NCBI RefSeq assembly: GCF_001194135.2
Contig: NC_068984.1
Location: forward strand, 107,893,729 to 107,957,728
DNA: 64,000 nt
From: Octopus bimaculoides
Lineage: Eukaryota
Reading direction: 5' to 3'
Shown: in pieces, positions 1 to 14,529 of the stretch
Layout: the number at the start of each line of letters is the position of its first letter
Numbering within the stretch: position 1 is the stretch's first letter
Position numbers and translations under genes: made by a program
Notes under the pieces: generated by a model
Databases searched by the model: none
Seen by the model: the letters and a program-made list of their open reading frames with translations, nothing else
What the model was told of the DNA's origin: nothing

Positions 1-588
1 ATATATATATATATATAAACGTCTGTGTTTGTGTTTTTGCTTCCATCCCCACCGCTTAACAAACTGTGTTCGTCTGCTTGCATCCTCATAGCTTCGCGGC
101 TTCGGAAAAAGAAAGCGAGAGAATAAGTACCAGACTTTAAAATAAGTTTTGGGGTTGATTTCTTCGACTAAACACCTCAAGTTAATGCCCTGGCTTGGCC
201 GCAGTCCCATACTGAAACAAATAAAAGACAAAAGATTGTATAAACAGATCGGCTGGTTTTTCTTTCAATTTTTAAATTAGATCTATTAATATGATATATA
301 GTAAAGGGATAAACGCTAGCGTTATATTTTGACTTGTTATTGCACATGAAATAATATACTTGATTTTACGGTAAAAATGGCTCCTAACACTAAATATATA
401 CGTTCGCTATATACGTACATGTGATAGATAGATAGATAGATAGATAGATAGACAGACAGAGATATACATATATGTATTATGTTTATATATAAATATGTAC
501 ACATATATAGGCATTTGTATTATATATATACAGACACACACACACTCTTCGACAAACATTCTCCCACACATGCACATTTATATATAGT

Positions 589-651
<63 letters not shown>

Positions 652-669
652 ATATATCTGTATAGTTTA

Positions 670-718
<49 letters not shown>

Positions 719-1069
719 TGCGTGTATGTATGTATATATATATATATATATATATATTGACACACATATGTATAGAAACATACATATACATAATTTAAAC
801 TTTGGGAAATTGAAATTAGAATACTTTATTTAATTTCATTTAAATCCTAATTTCTTTTTTTTTCTACGTAGTAAGCTTGTTGTTTGGTTTATTAATTTAT
901 ATTCTTTTCGTATATATTCTTTTAGCGTCTGTTAGATTTCTATGATTTTAATGCAATTTCATCCTTATCTAATCTTTTCTGTTAACAAATAAAAATACAA
1001 GAGATTAATTCTTGTTTGGAATCAAATATTTCATACAAATCTAATTCTGACATATCTCAATTATTTCAG

Positions 1070-1093
1070 CAACTCCTTCAGTTCCACAGAATG
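1070..1093 (+). CDS. 24-nt linker micro-exon (xTPSVPQN-G), phase 1-1
   Basis: Acceptor ttatttcag| and donor |gtgcgt; open in phase 1; joins exon 2107 to give ...PQNGACLVG. Confidence 0.5.
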
Positions 1094-3277
1094 GTGCGTA
1101 TCCTGCTTTCTTTGGAATTGAAATTTCTTCCGTTTTTTCTTTTTGTTTTCTTTTTTGTTTTTTTTCTTCTTTGCTTTGGTTTTTAAAAGAATGGTCTGGA
1201 TTTGAATATGTTAAAGAAGCAGATTAGAATAACATATGACAGCGAAATATTTCTAAAAATGATAAAATACATGTTTACTAACATCTACAGAAATGAAAGC
1301 TAAAGAAATTAATCTGATAGCTAAAAGCAAACAATAACTTTGAATTAAACTGGTGGTCATGTATTTATTAAACAGTTAAAGCTGATCTTCTGCATGAAAG
1401 TTAGTACTTAGGATCAAACGCTATAGCAAGTACTAGAATGTGTTATCAGTCAAAATACATTACTTCCTTTCTGATTTTATATAGCGTTGATGTATAAACA
1501 TCAAAAGTTATATTCACGATAATTAAGAGCTCAATTAATTACACGTTAAATTCTAATGCTTCATTAAAATGCTATAGAATATGGTGGAGCAAACTTATAT
1601 GTATATACAGAATTGACAGATAAAGATCGTTGTGAGCAACATATTTAAAATAAAGGGCTGAAAAAGTATAAATTTCAAATATGACTGATAATTTAATTGT
1701 ACTCAACTGCTGTTTCAATGGCTTCATCATTTATATAATTACGTAATTAAAACGTATTAATAGTTCGTTTGAAAGTGGTATGCAACTCATATTGTCGGAG
1801 AAAGAAAAATAGATCATATCACTTTTAAATAAATTAATTATGTATTTTAATTATGCAGCTGCATAAATAATGCTAAAAGTAAGTAACATTTTCTTTCGTG
1901 CTTGAATGTTTGTGTTCAAAAGACACTTGTAGTACTAAACTTTTAAAGGTTCAAGTAAAGATGAATCTTCATAAAACTAGCTCGTCCATATTCTATTCAC
2001 AAAACCAACTTGTCCATATGCTATTCCGTTATAAATAGCGTCTACAAATTGATTTCATATTATGCCAATCTCTTCTAACTGTTTTATTTCCTTATAACAT
2101 TTCCAGGAGCTTGCCTGGTTGGCTCAAAAATATATAAACCCGGAGAAACGTGGCAGGAATCTTGCTCAATGACGTGCGTCTGCGAAGATGGTTTGAGAGG
2201 AATTGCTAGATGTTATGACAAGTAAGATTATTTTCTTTTCATTACATATTATATACACTGCAGATAACAACAATAATTAGTGATTTATCTCTATTCCTTC
2301 ATGTGCCATATCTACAGGCATTGTTGATCATAGACATCGATGTCCTCCTGTCTCCTCACACGATATTGGGTCGGACCTTTTGAAACCAGCTGGTAAGGCT
2401 ATCGGCAAGCTTCATTCTCTGTTTTCCTTGATTTCTTCTTCCTTTAAGTTTCTCGGTAGTCATCCTGTTCAAGGCTTTTTCCTTTCATTTGGTGTCCCAG
2501 AAACTCATAGAATGCAGGGTTCGTTAGAAGCCTTGCCCCTTCACATAAATATTCTGCAACTAAAACTTGTTTTAGTCATGTCATACGAAATTGTTTCTTC
2601 GTCAACCAACTGATCTCGTGAACAAGGGACCATCCGGAATTTAAGTTTGCGAGATTAAATATTCATTCTTTGATTTGAATTATTGACATCTTAAATAAAC
2701 TAAACACCAGTTATTCAAAAAGGGTAACAAAATATCGGCTAGCCGGTATTTTGCTACAATATAAGTGAAGTTTCTAAACATTTCAAAACTATCTTAATAA
2801 TTCCACGAACAATGAACCTGCCTAGAACGGCACGCGACAATGTAAACGACTTTTCGTATTATAATCATAATAACCTTCTAATTTACTTATACAGTTTCTT
2901 CTCGATATGTTACTGGTATAATATCTTTAGTTATTTATCTTTCATCTTTTACTTCTTCCAGTCATTGTACTGTGGCCATGCTAGGATACCACTTTAAAGA
3001 GTTTTCGTCAGACAAATCAATCCCAGTATTTATTATATTCAAGTCTTGTACTTATTCTACCGGTCTTTTTGATGAACCGCTAATGTTACCTGGATATAAA
3101 TAAACCAACACCTGTTGTCAAGCGATGAGAAGATGACAACGCGCGCGCACACACATACATGCATACATATATACATACATACATACATACACATACATAC
3201 ATACATACATACATACATACATACACACACACATACATACATACATACATACATACATACGTACATACATACATACA

Positions 3278-3309
<32 letters not shown>

Positions 3310-6300
3310 CACGACGGGCTTCCACTCAAAATGCATTGGTTGAGCAGGGTCTATATTAGAAGACACTTGCCCAAGATTATGTGCTATGGGACTAAACACG
3401 CAACCACGTGATTATAAGGCGAGCTTCTTAACCTCTCAGCTATACTTACATCTTTGACAATTCTTCATGTATTTAAATGTATGATTGCTCAAAAAAAAAA
3501 AATCAAAAACGTGATTGGTGGAGATTTTTTTGTACTTATTTCGACAGAAGAAACCTTTCTAGATTATATATTATCTTTTTTTACCTTTTATTACAGGTGT
3601 GCCCAATTTGCCAATTTGCCTCCTAACTGTCAAAAGGTGAAGTTAGCAGGGGAATGTTGTCCTAAAATAAAATGCGATCAAGGGACAATTATTGATTCTG
3701 GTGGTTCGTCTAACAAGTCAACCGGTCACTCAATCCGTATGTATTTTAAAATCTGTTTACTATTTATTTCTCAGGGATTTTAAGAGTATTTGATTATACA
3801 AAAATTGTAAAACTGAGACAAAACTTGTTCAATGACGTACATCTGTGAAGACGGTTTAAGAGGCCACAAAAATAATCCTTTCTATTATTGGCTCAAGGTC
3901 TGAAATTTCAGGGAAAGTGGTTAGTCTATTTATTACGTCAACCCTAGTGTTTGATTGGTGCCTACATCGACCTCGGCGGCATTTGAACTGAGTACGTAAA
4001 GCCGGAAGAAATACCGCTACGTATTTTTTCCGGTGCGATAACGATACTTCTCGCTCACAGCCATTACGCTATGCCCTTTAAAATATTGACACAACGACTG
4101 AAATTCGTAGTGGGAGCAAATCGATTACATCGAGGCTGGTGCTCAACCGGTAAATATTTTATTGACCTCGAAAGGATGAAAGGCAAGGTTGAACTCGGCG
4201 AAATTTGAACTCAGAAGACCACACAAATAATAAGATTCGATCCGTCTTGCAAGTTCCATTTAATATCATTTAAAATGATAGATGAAGTTTGTTTCTTTCT
4301 CTATCATAATTAAGAAATATGCATTAACGAATGAGATTCCTATAATGAGATTAACGGTAATTGTGGAGTTTATGGGACCTCCAAGAGCATTAATAGAATA
4401 AGTGACATAGCTAAAATTGTAAATTGAAAAGTCAGACACAGTCTTGTTTGGTTGGGAAATTACTACCATAACACTCACCTATTCCATTTAAAGATAATGT
4501 ATTTTCTTTTTATAGTTCAGGATCACTTTATAATAGTAACATTACTATTCCACATCTGTTGTCACACTAATTCATTTAAAATCTTTTTATGTTTTTTGCT
4601 TATTTTGTTTTATAAATTAATAAGTTTAGCATCTATAGATATGAATTCGGAGTTTCTAGACACATCACTGCTATTCAGAACTCAATGGAAACTGTATTTT
4701 GAATCTATTTGAATTCTAATGGTTCTCGACGTGTCTCTGTCTAATTTTGCTGTCATTTATCGAAACAGTGATGTATTTTCCATTACAAAATGACCCGGAT
4801 TGAATACAACAGTAAAGCACTTTATTAATGTGGAGACTTAGTGGTTAGGATGTTGGACTCATGATGTGTAAGATTTCGATTCCTGGACCGGTTGATGCGT
4901 TGTGTTCTTAAGCAGAACACTTCATTTCTCATTGCTCCAGTTCACTCAGCTGGCAAAAATGAGTAATCTTGCGACGAACAGGCGTCCCGTCCAGGTGGGG
5001 AATATATACGCCATGAAACCGGGAAACTGGCCCTTGTTGGTCAATTTGACTCGCTGAGGTAAATTTACCTCTATCTTTACTTTATTAATGATTGGTATAT
5101 TAACCACATCGCGGATATGTTGACTGGTCTCTCGTTACGTCACGTGGCTCCTCCTTTCTTTCACACTCTCTCACTCTCACTCTCACTTTTTATTTCCCTC
5201 TCTCCCAGTCTTCAACCTCTTCCCAGTCTATAGCCTCTTCCTGGTAAATAACCTCTTCCAGAGGCATTAGCCTGATACATGGCCGCTACCTTGTAACATT
5301 GTAAAGAGCATACAATGATCGAAAACAAGATTCCCTTGTAATGAGATTAGCTTCCAGCTTTAATAAATGGTGTTTTGTATACACCAGTTGTGCTCATTTC
5401 ATTCTCTTCTTGAAACAATAAAATGTACAGTGGCGCAGACCTTACGGCCGTCTCTGTTATATTTTCTTTTCTATTTTCAGAGGGTTGCATGTACAAAGGA
5501 CGTTATTATCCCAAAGACCAAGTGTGGACGGATGGATGTGATTACTCATGCAAATGTATTAACGCCACTCAAGGAATATACGAATGCACCGAAAGGTAAT
5601 AAATAGTGGTGTTACTCAAGGATCATGAGCTCAAATACACTTATCATTTCTTTGTGTTCAAGCCAGAACTGTAAAGGGTTCTAAAAACAAAAGGGATTTA
5701 GGTATCTTTTGCTTTTCTCTTTTACCTGTTTCAGTCATTTGACTGCGGTCATGTTGGGGCACTGCCTTGACGGGGATTGTTTAGTTGAACAAATCGAGCT
5801 CAGGAATTATGTTTTTTATCCTGGTTCTTATTCTATCGAATTTTTCTGCCGAACCGCTAAGTTACGGTGGCGTAAACACACCAAAACCGGTTGTCAAGCA
5901 GCGTGTTTGTCAAGAGGACAAACACAGACACAAAGAAACAAAGATACACACACACATATATATATGGTGGGCTCCTTTCAGTTTCCGTCTACCAAATCCA
6001 CTCACAAGGCATTGGTCGGCCTGAGGCTGTAGTAGAAGACACCCAAGATGCTACGAAAAGAGACTGAACCCAGAACTATGTGGTTGGGAAGTAAGCTTCT
6101 TACCACACAACCACGCATGCGCTAGTGATTTTTTTTTTATTAAATTACAACAATAATATTAAAAAAAAACAACCGTCACAAATTTAAAAGAAAAATGTTT
6201 TTTTCTAAAATTCATGATTTTGANNNNNNNNNNNNNNNNNNNNNNNNNNNNNNNNNNNNNNNNNNNNNNNNNNNNNNNNNNNNNNNNNNNNNNNNNNNNN

Positions 6301-9300
6301 NNNNNNNNNNNNNNNNNNNNNNNNNNNNNNNNNNNNNNNNNNNNNNNNNNNNNNNNNNNNNNNNNNNNNNNNNNNNNNNNNNNNNNNNNNNNNNNNNNNN
6401 NNNNNNNNNNNNNNNNNNNNNNNNNNNNNNNNNNNNNNNNNNNNNNNNNNNNNNNNNNNNNNNNNNNNNNNNNNNNNNNNNNNNNNNNNNNNNNNNNNNN
6501 NNNNNNNNNNNNNNNNNNNNNNNNNNNNNNNNNNNNNNNNNNNNNNNNNNNNNNNNNNNNNNNNNNNNNNNNNNNNNNNNNNNNNNNNNNNNNNNNNNNN
6601 NNNNNNNNNNNNNNNNNNNNNNNNNNNNNNNNNNNNNNNNNNNNNNNNNNNNNNNNNNNNNNNNNNNNNNNNNNNNNNNNNNNNNNNNNNNNNNNNNNNN
6701 NNNNNNNNNNNNNNNNNNNNNNNNNNNNNNNNNNNNNNNNNNNNNNNNNNNNNNNNNNNNNNNNNNNNNNNNNNNNNNNNNNNNNNNNNNNNNNNNNNNN
6801 NNNNNNNNNNNNNNNNNNNNNNNNNNNNNNNNNNNNNNNNNNNNNNNNNNNNNNNNNNNNNNNNNNNNNNNNNNNNNNNNNNNNNNNNNNNNNNNNNNNN
6901 NNNNNNNNNNNNNNNNNNNNNNNNNNNNNNNNNNNNNNNNNATATATATATATATATATATATATATATACGACTGGCTTCTTTCAGTTTCTATCAACCA
7001 AATCCACTCACAAGGCTTTGGTCAGACCGAGGCTATAGTAGAAGACACTTGCCCAAAGTGCCACGCAGTGGGACTGAACCCCAAACTATGTGAAGCAACT
7101 CTGAGTTAAGACATATGTTTGTACATTTAAAGACTCCTTAGTAAAGACTCCTTATACTCCCAGTCGTGAAGAAACTAAACAAAAGACACGGTTGATTTTC
7201 TGTTTCACTATATGGAAATTATGGTAACTGGGTTGTATTTCGTCATTTACTTCTATTTCATGTTTTCGTGTGCCACTGATCATGCAACTTTTCCATCTAC
7301 AATCTCTTCATAACTTGTGTGTGTGTGTGCGCATGCGTGCGTGCATGCATGTGTATATATGTGTAAATAAAAGGGGTGGAAGAGGTAGTCGACTGTTACA
7401 GCTGTTTCAAAGGCAAACCGGGTGCATGATATTTAACACTACGAAGGTCTTGTAAACGTCCGATGTACTTCTTCATCTCAAGTACATATGACTGCTTAGT
7501 TTAATGAAAAATAGGGTGTATTTGATGCATTGATTAATAAATTTTATTGATCTATTGTCGTGTCATCTATATTTTCAATACAAACCGTGTTTATCGTGGT
7601 TTTTAGTACGATCATTTGACTACCCGACATCATCATCATCATCATCATCATCACCATCATCCTTATAAATGCATATATATATACATATACATGTATAGGA
7701 ATAAATAGATGGCATCAGGAAAAACAATGGTTATGTAATGAGCTTCATTAGCTCATAACTGTTTCCGCTATAAGATACGGTGGACTCTTAGTTGAGTCTC
7801 TGGGTAACATCCCAAAGCTTCATCAGAGCCTTGAATATGAAATGCACTTTATTTGGGAAAATTACATCTTCAGATCATAGAGGAGTTAGGAGTGAGAAAG
7901 TTAATGTTGGTGCCTATAGAATGATCTGACACCAAAAAACTAAGATTCCAACACATCCTATAGCAGAAACAGCTGTAAGCTAATGAAGTTCATTATATAA
8001 CCATTGTTTTTTTTCCGGTGCCATCTCCTTTTTCCTATAACCACTCTATACTCATCTAACATTGTGTTCTAGACTATATGTATGTTGAGTTCTACACGAG
8101 GTTATAAGTCTCGCTACGCCTAATCGAAATATATATATATATACATGCTAGTCTATCACTTGAGATATCCCTGAAACAGCTGTGTGACTTCAAATTCACC
8201 CTAATTAGATATTCTAAATGATTTGAGATACTCATCCTGCCTTATTTTTTATTGTCCTTCTTCTTCTAATATAATACATACTTGCTAATTCAGAAGCCTA
8301 ACGCGGATCCCTAGGTCCAGCCTCAGCTGTGAACTTGGAACTTAACGCATGACCAATTATAGCACTTACTCAACGAGCCTATTCAGTTAGAAACTCCTCA
8401 TTTTCATCTATATATATATATANNNNNNNNNNNNNNNNNNNNNNNNNNNNNNNNNNNNNNNNNNNNNNNNNNNNNNNNNNNNNNNNNNNNNNNNNNNNNN
8501 NNNNNNNNNNNNNNNNNNNNNNNNNNNNNNNNNNNNNNNNNNNNNNNNNNNNNNNNNNNNNNNNNNNNNNNNNNNNNNNNNNNNNNNNNNNNNNNNNNNN
8601 NNNNNNNNNNNNNNNNNNNNNNNNNNNNNNNNNNNNNNNNNNNNNNNNNNNNNNNNNNNNNNNNNNNNNNNNNNNNNNNNNNNNNNNNNNNNNNNNNNNN
8701 NNNNNNNNNNNNNNNNNNNNNNNNNNNNNNNNNNNNNNNNNNNNNNNNNNNNNNNNNNNNNNNNNNNNNNNNNNNNNNNNNNNNNNNNNNNNNNNNNNNN
8801 NNNNNNNNNNNNNNNNNNNNNNNNNNNNNNNNNNNNNNNNNNNNNNNNNNNNNNNNNNNNNNNNNNNNNNNNNNNNNNNNNNNNNNNNNNNNNNNNNNNN
8901 NNNNNNNNNNNNNNNNNNNNNNNNNNNNNNNNNNNNNNNNNNNNNNNNNNNNNNNNNNNNNNNNNNNNNNNNNNNNNNNNNNNNNNNNNNNNNNNNNNNN
9001 NNNNNNNNNNNNNNNNNNNNNNNNNNNNNNNNNNNNNNNNNNNNNNNNNNNNNNNNNNNNNNNNNNNNNNNNNNNNNNNNNNNNNNNNNNNNNNNNNNNN
9101 NNNNNNNNNNNNNNNNNNNNNNNNNNNNNNNNNNNNNNNNNNNNNNNNNNNNNNNNNNNNNNNNNNNNNNNNNNNNNNNNNNNNNNNNNNNNNNNNNNNN
9201 NNNNNNNNNNNNNNNNNATATATATATATATATATATATAAAATTTCCCGGATCACTACCAAAATTTCATCATCTGTTCCTTGTGTTATTTCCAACTTTT

Positions 9301-11720
9301 CCTGCAAGTTTCATCAAATACCGTTCACAACTTTTTGAGTTATTTTGCACACAGACAGACAGACGGACAAACCAACGCCGATGAAAACATAACTTCCTTC
9401 CTTGGCGGAGGTAATAACTAACGAAAGATATATCAAATATGGTTATATTACTTTTATACTTTTTGACAAGAAAAACAACTCCGCTTTTATAAAGTTTACA
9501 TATATTTGATGTTAACCTATGAATAGTAGCATGCGATATTTCACACCTTAAATGAATTCAAGGACAATAGCGTGCAATAGCTAAACAGCTTAGCATATAG
9601 GTATCAATTCAATTGTTGTAGACACTAGCAAATGCAAACGACAAAAGTTGTAACGATAGTAAAAGGTAACAAGAAAGGACAGTATTCTAATTGCAGTTGA
9701 CTTATTGTTTACAGGGGAGCGGTAGAGGATAAGATATTATAATGGTTTATATCGAGAAGAATCAACAACACGAACATGATTAACCAGTAACTCTGGATTG
9801 GCGTGCTTTCTTCTATTTAAAATTTAATGGATATATTTCTGCTAACGATAGGATTGGATATATACGATCTCACATATATGAAACCTTGTGACATGAAAGA
9901 GATATAATCTTCCTCGTGGAGACTGAATTCAAATCTGATCGTAACAATCTAAATATTGTATTAAATTCAGTCGAATATTACACTCACTCTGCATATTAAC
10001 CGTCCAAAACTAATAGCAGCTATTTTCTTACCAAATTATAACATTCGATTTTCAGTACTTCTCTGTATATATTTTCTATGTATAAACTTCCCTTTTCCAA
10101 ACTACTTTCGGCCGTTTACGGTCGCTGTCAATATTTATGTATAAAATTATGTACGTTAACTCCAGCATCTGAGCACTTTAGCTCTTATTTCTAGCATTGT
10201 AGTTGTTCTGACACGTTCTGTCATATTTAATGACAATTGTAGTTTTCCTTTTTGGTGGTACATTGCTAAACAGCTGATTAATTTAATTGTGTGTGTGTGT
10301 GTGTGTNNNNNNNNNNNNNNNNNNNNNNNNNNNNNNNNNNNNNNNNNNNNNNNNNNNNNNNNNNNNNNNNNNNNNNNNNNNNNNNNNNNNNNNNNNNNNN
10401 NNNNNNNNNNNNNNNNNNNNNNNNNNNNNNNNNNNNNNNNNNNNNNNNNNNNNNNNNNNNNNNNNNNNNNNNNNNNNNNNNNNNNNNNNNNNNNNNNNNN
10501 NNNNNNNNNNNNNNNNNNNNNNNNNNNNNNNNNNNNNNNNNNNNNNNNNNNNNNNNNNNNNNNNNNNNNNNNNNNNNNNNNNNNNNNNNNNNNNNNNNNN
10601 NNNNNNNNNNNNNNNNNNNNNNNNNNNNNNNNNNNNNNNNNNNNNNNNNNNNNNNNNNNNNNNNNNNNNNNNNNNNNNNNNNNNNNNNNNNNNNNNNNNN
10701 NNNNNNNNNNNNNNNNNNNNNNNNNNNNNNNNNNNNNNNNNNNNNNNNNNNNNNNNNNNNNNNNNNNNNNNNNNNNNNNNNNNNNNNNNNNNNNNNNNNN
10801 NNNNNNNNNNNNNNNNNNNNNNNNNNNNNNNNNNNNNNNNNNNNNNNNNNNNNNNNNNNNNNNNNNNNNNNNNNNNNNNNNNNNNNNNNNNNNNNNNNNN
10901 NNNNNNNNNNNNNNNNNNNNNNNNNNNNNNNNNNNNNNNNNNNNNNNNNNNNNNNNNNNNNNNNNNNNNNNNNNNNNNNNNNNNNNNNNNNNNNNNNNNN
11001 NNNNNNNNNNNNNNNNNNNNNNGAAAGGGCGCGCGCCGGGGAAGCGGCCGTACGTGGCGGGAACAGCTCGCCTTTCGTTCTCGCTTCTGCTTCTGCTTCC
11101 GGCCCGACTAGCGAGCGCGCGCCGCTCGATCCTCCGTCTCCCGCAATGCCAGACCGTCATCGCTGCGACACGCCACGGAGCAGCCGACAGCTGCAGCAGC
11201 AGGGAACGCACCGTCCGCCGTTCGTGCGCACTCTTCTGCCTGCCGCCCTCGCCGTCGTTGCCTCCTCTTCCTCCTCCGTGGCGGCCGCCGCCGCCGCCGT
11301 CTACTTCTTCGGTCGGCGTTCGCTCTGTGGATCTCGTTTTCACAAAGGTGTCATTAATATCACATTTGAAAATCGAAACGAAAAGGGTTTGACATTTCGG
11401 ACATAGTACTCTTCATCCAAAAACGAAAAGAAAGGAAGATAAAGAAGGAAGTTAGGAGCCGGGTGGGAGGCATAGGGAAATCAAGAAAGAAAAAAATCGG
11501 AGGAGGGAAAATGTGACGAAGGAAGGAAAGGGAACTGAGAAAGATGACCACCAGAACTCGGGTTCAAGTACAAAGCAGTCACGAAATTGCATTTGACCGA
11601 TAACTGATGAGGATTTGGTGACCTGTGTTTGTTTTCCGTATATTTGTGCATCTATTGTGTTTTTTAACTGTTTACTATTATTATATATATATATATACAT
11701 ATGTATGCAAGTATGTATGG

Positions 11721-11751
<31 letters not shown>

Positions 11752-12932
11752 TGTATGTATGTATGTATGTACGTATGTATGTATGTATGCATGTATGTAT
11801 GTATGTATGCATGTATTTACGTACATCAATTCGTAGTGGTATCAGTATGTGCGTTAGTGTTATATTCCAAACGCTATTTTTCTTTTCTTTTTTTTTTTTT
11901 TNNNNNNNNNNTTTTTTTTTTTTTTTTTTTGTTAATCTTTGAACAAAGGTACGAATTATAAAGATCGAACAACTTTTTTTCCCTGAGTTTACTAGAAGGA
12001 TACGTTTATCATTCATATATTGATCTAAATACTTTATTATCAATTCTAAAAAATTATTTAAAATATAAAAGAAAATCTTTTGGGTAAAGAATCGGCTTTT
12101 CTGTCGCTATTTTTAGCGCAGATATTAACGAAGTTGCATTAGTAGATGATAGCAAATCGGTTGGTTGAACACAAACCATAATTATTACTGATTAAATATA
12201 CTATTGATCAGAATGAATAATAAAATAGTATTGATATATATGTTTATTAATATCATTATTCAGATGGTTGCATATAAGTATACATATATATATACGCAAA
12301 GATACATACGCGTACATACACATATAAATACATACATATGCTTGTATGTGTTTGTACATGTATGTATATCAGTGTATATATATAGATATTATATACGTGT
12401 GTATTTATATATATGTGTGTGTGTGTGTGTGCATGTATGTACCTATGTATGTGCGTATACGTAAATGTATTTTTATGTGTATTACGTGCATGAATATATG
12501 TGGATGTACATAAATACATATGTGTGTGCATATATGTGTGTGCGTGTGTGTGTATGTAAACATATATACATGTATATTTTTTTCGTATTAATATCTTTAT
12601 ACAGATGGTTGCGTCTTCGCTGGAAAGCATTACAATGAGGGTGAGAAATGGAGAGATGGATGCAAATATTTCTGTGAGTGTTCCGATGGAAAGAGAGGAA
12701 TATATATTTGTAAAGAAAGGTAAATTATACACATAAGAATCGTTATCCTTCCAATTATTTCCTTTTCCTTCTCGAGCTTGTTCGACTTTTTATTAACTTA
12801 AAATGATATTGACTACTAGACTATTCTAGTACACAGTTGAAACTTTTTTAACGTTAAATAACAAACTCTATTCCTACCATTTCACTGATTTATGCGCAAC
12901 TAACAACACAGTCCTCATATATTAAATGCTTT

Positions 12933-12974
<42 letters not shown>

Positions 12975-14457
12975 GGAACTTGAGCAGGAACAAACCTATA
13001 AATGCCTAGGAATAAATGAAGGCTCTGGTATCCAGCATGCAAGCATGAAAGAGAAGGTTAGGAAGGAATGTTATAGAAGAGTTCGAGCAGTTCTGAAGTC
13101 TGAGTTGAATGCTTATAATAAGGTGTTAGCCATAAATTCCTTAGCAGTCCCAGTTGTTCTTTATAGCTTCAATGTGCTTAACTGGAATACCAGTGAAATA
13201 GTCAAAATTGATAGAAAAATCCGCAAGCTACTGACTTGTAATAATATGCACCATCCAAAGGCAGACGTGGATCGTCTTTACCTTCCCAGAGCTCAGGGAG
13301 GTCGAGGCTTGATCCAGCTTGAACTTACGTACAAAACCACCACAATCGAACTGGCCAAATACCTTGAAACAACCAACGATTGGATGCNNNNNNNNNNNNN
13401 NNNNNNNNNNNNNNNNNNNNNNNNNNNNNNNNNNNNNNNNNNNNNNNNNNNNNNNNNNNNNNNNNNNNNNNNNNNNNNNNNNNNNNNNNNNNNNNNNNNN
13501 NNNNNNNNNNNNNNNNNNNNNNNNNNNNNNNNNNNNNNNNNNNNNNNNNNNNNNNNNNNNNNNNNNNNNNNNNNNNNNNNNNNNNNNNNNNNNNNNNNNN
13601 NNNNNNNNNNNNNNNNNNNNNNNNNNNNNNNNNNNNNNNNNNNNNNNNNNNNNNNNNNNNNNNNNNNNNNNNNNNNNNNNNNNNNNNNNNNNNNNNNNNN
13701 NNNNNNNNNNNNNNNNNNNNNNNNNNNNNNNNNNNNNNNNNNNNNNNNNNNNNNNNNNNNNNNNNNNNNNNNNNNNNNNNNNNNNNNNNNNNNNNNNNNN
13801 NNNNNNNNNNNNNNNNNNNNNNNNNNNNNNNNNNNNNNNNNNNNNNNNNNNNNNNNNNNNNNNNNNNNNNNNNNNNNNNNNNNNNNNNNNNNNNNNNNNN
13901 NNNNNNNNNNNNNNNNNNNNNNNNNNNNNNNNNNNNNNNNNNNNNNNNNNNNNNNNNNNNNNNNNNNNNNNNNNNNNNNNNNNNNNNNNNNNNNNNNNCA
14001 GACAAAGAAGACGTGTTTATTAATTGACATGAGTATTCCCTCTGATCATAATATAGCGGCGAAAGAATTTGACAAGATCAGTAAATATAAAGACTTGCTA
14101 ATAGAAATTGAAAAAATGTGGCACCTCAAGGCGACTACCATACCAGTGATTGTAGGATCTCTAGGAATGATAAAAAAAGGTACTGAAACCTATTTGAAAA
14201 TGATACCAGGCTTACCATCCCTACAGGAAGTGCAAAAATTCGTGCTAACTGGAACGACTTATGTACTGAGAAGAGCATTATCGCTGTGAAAACAACATCC
14301 ATTCATGAATTTTTTTTTTTTCTTAAATACATGTTTTACCTGTGAATTTGCCTGTGTAAATTGGGAATGCATACAACGAGTTTCTCTGCCCTATGTGTAC
14401 GGAAAACACTCTGCGAGAAATGTGAGAAAATTTGAAGAAAGAAGAAAAAAAAACAAC

Positions 14458-14529
<72 letters not shown>

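Noticed and set aside
2318-2392. 75-nt AG...GT exon-like segment
   Set aside because: Open only in phase 1, but it lies in a phase-2 intron where it reads a TGA at once; it is the antisense of an RTE fragment
4443-4460. SCLVGK resembling ACLVGSK of exon 2107
   Set aside because: Only an 11/13-nt match, no correctly placed acceptor, stop four codons later; could be chance
5596-12604. Candidate second-half VWC exon in readable sequence (e.g. tgttgt near 9614)
   Set aside because: The Cys-Cys frame hits a stop within three codons; no suitable phase 2-1 exon was found outside the gaps
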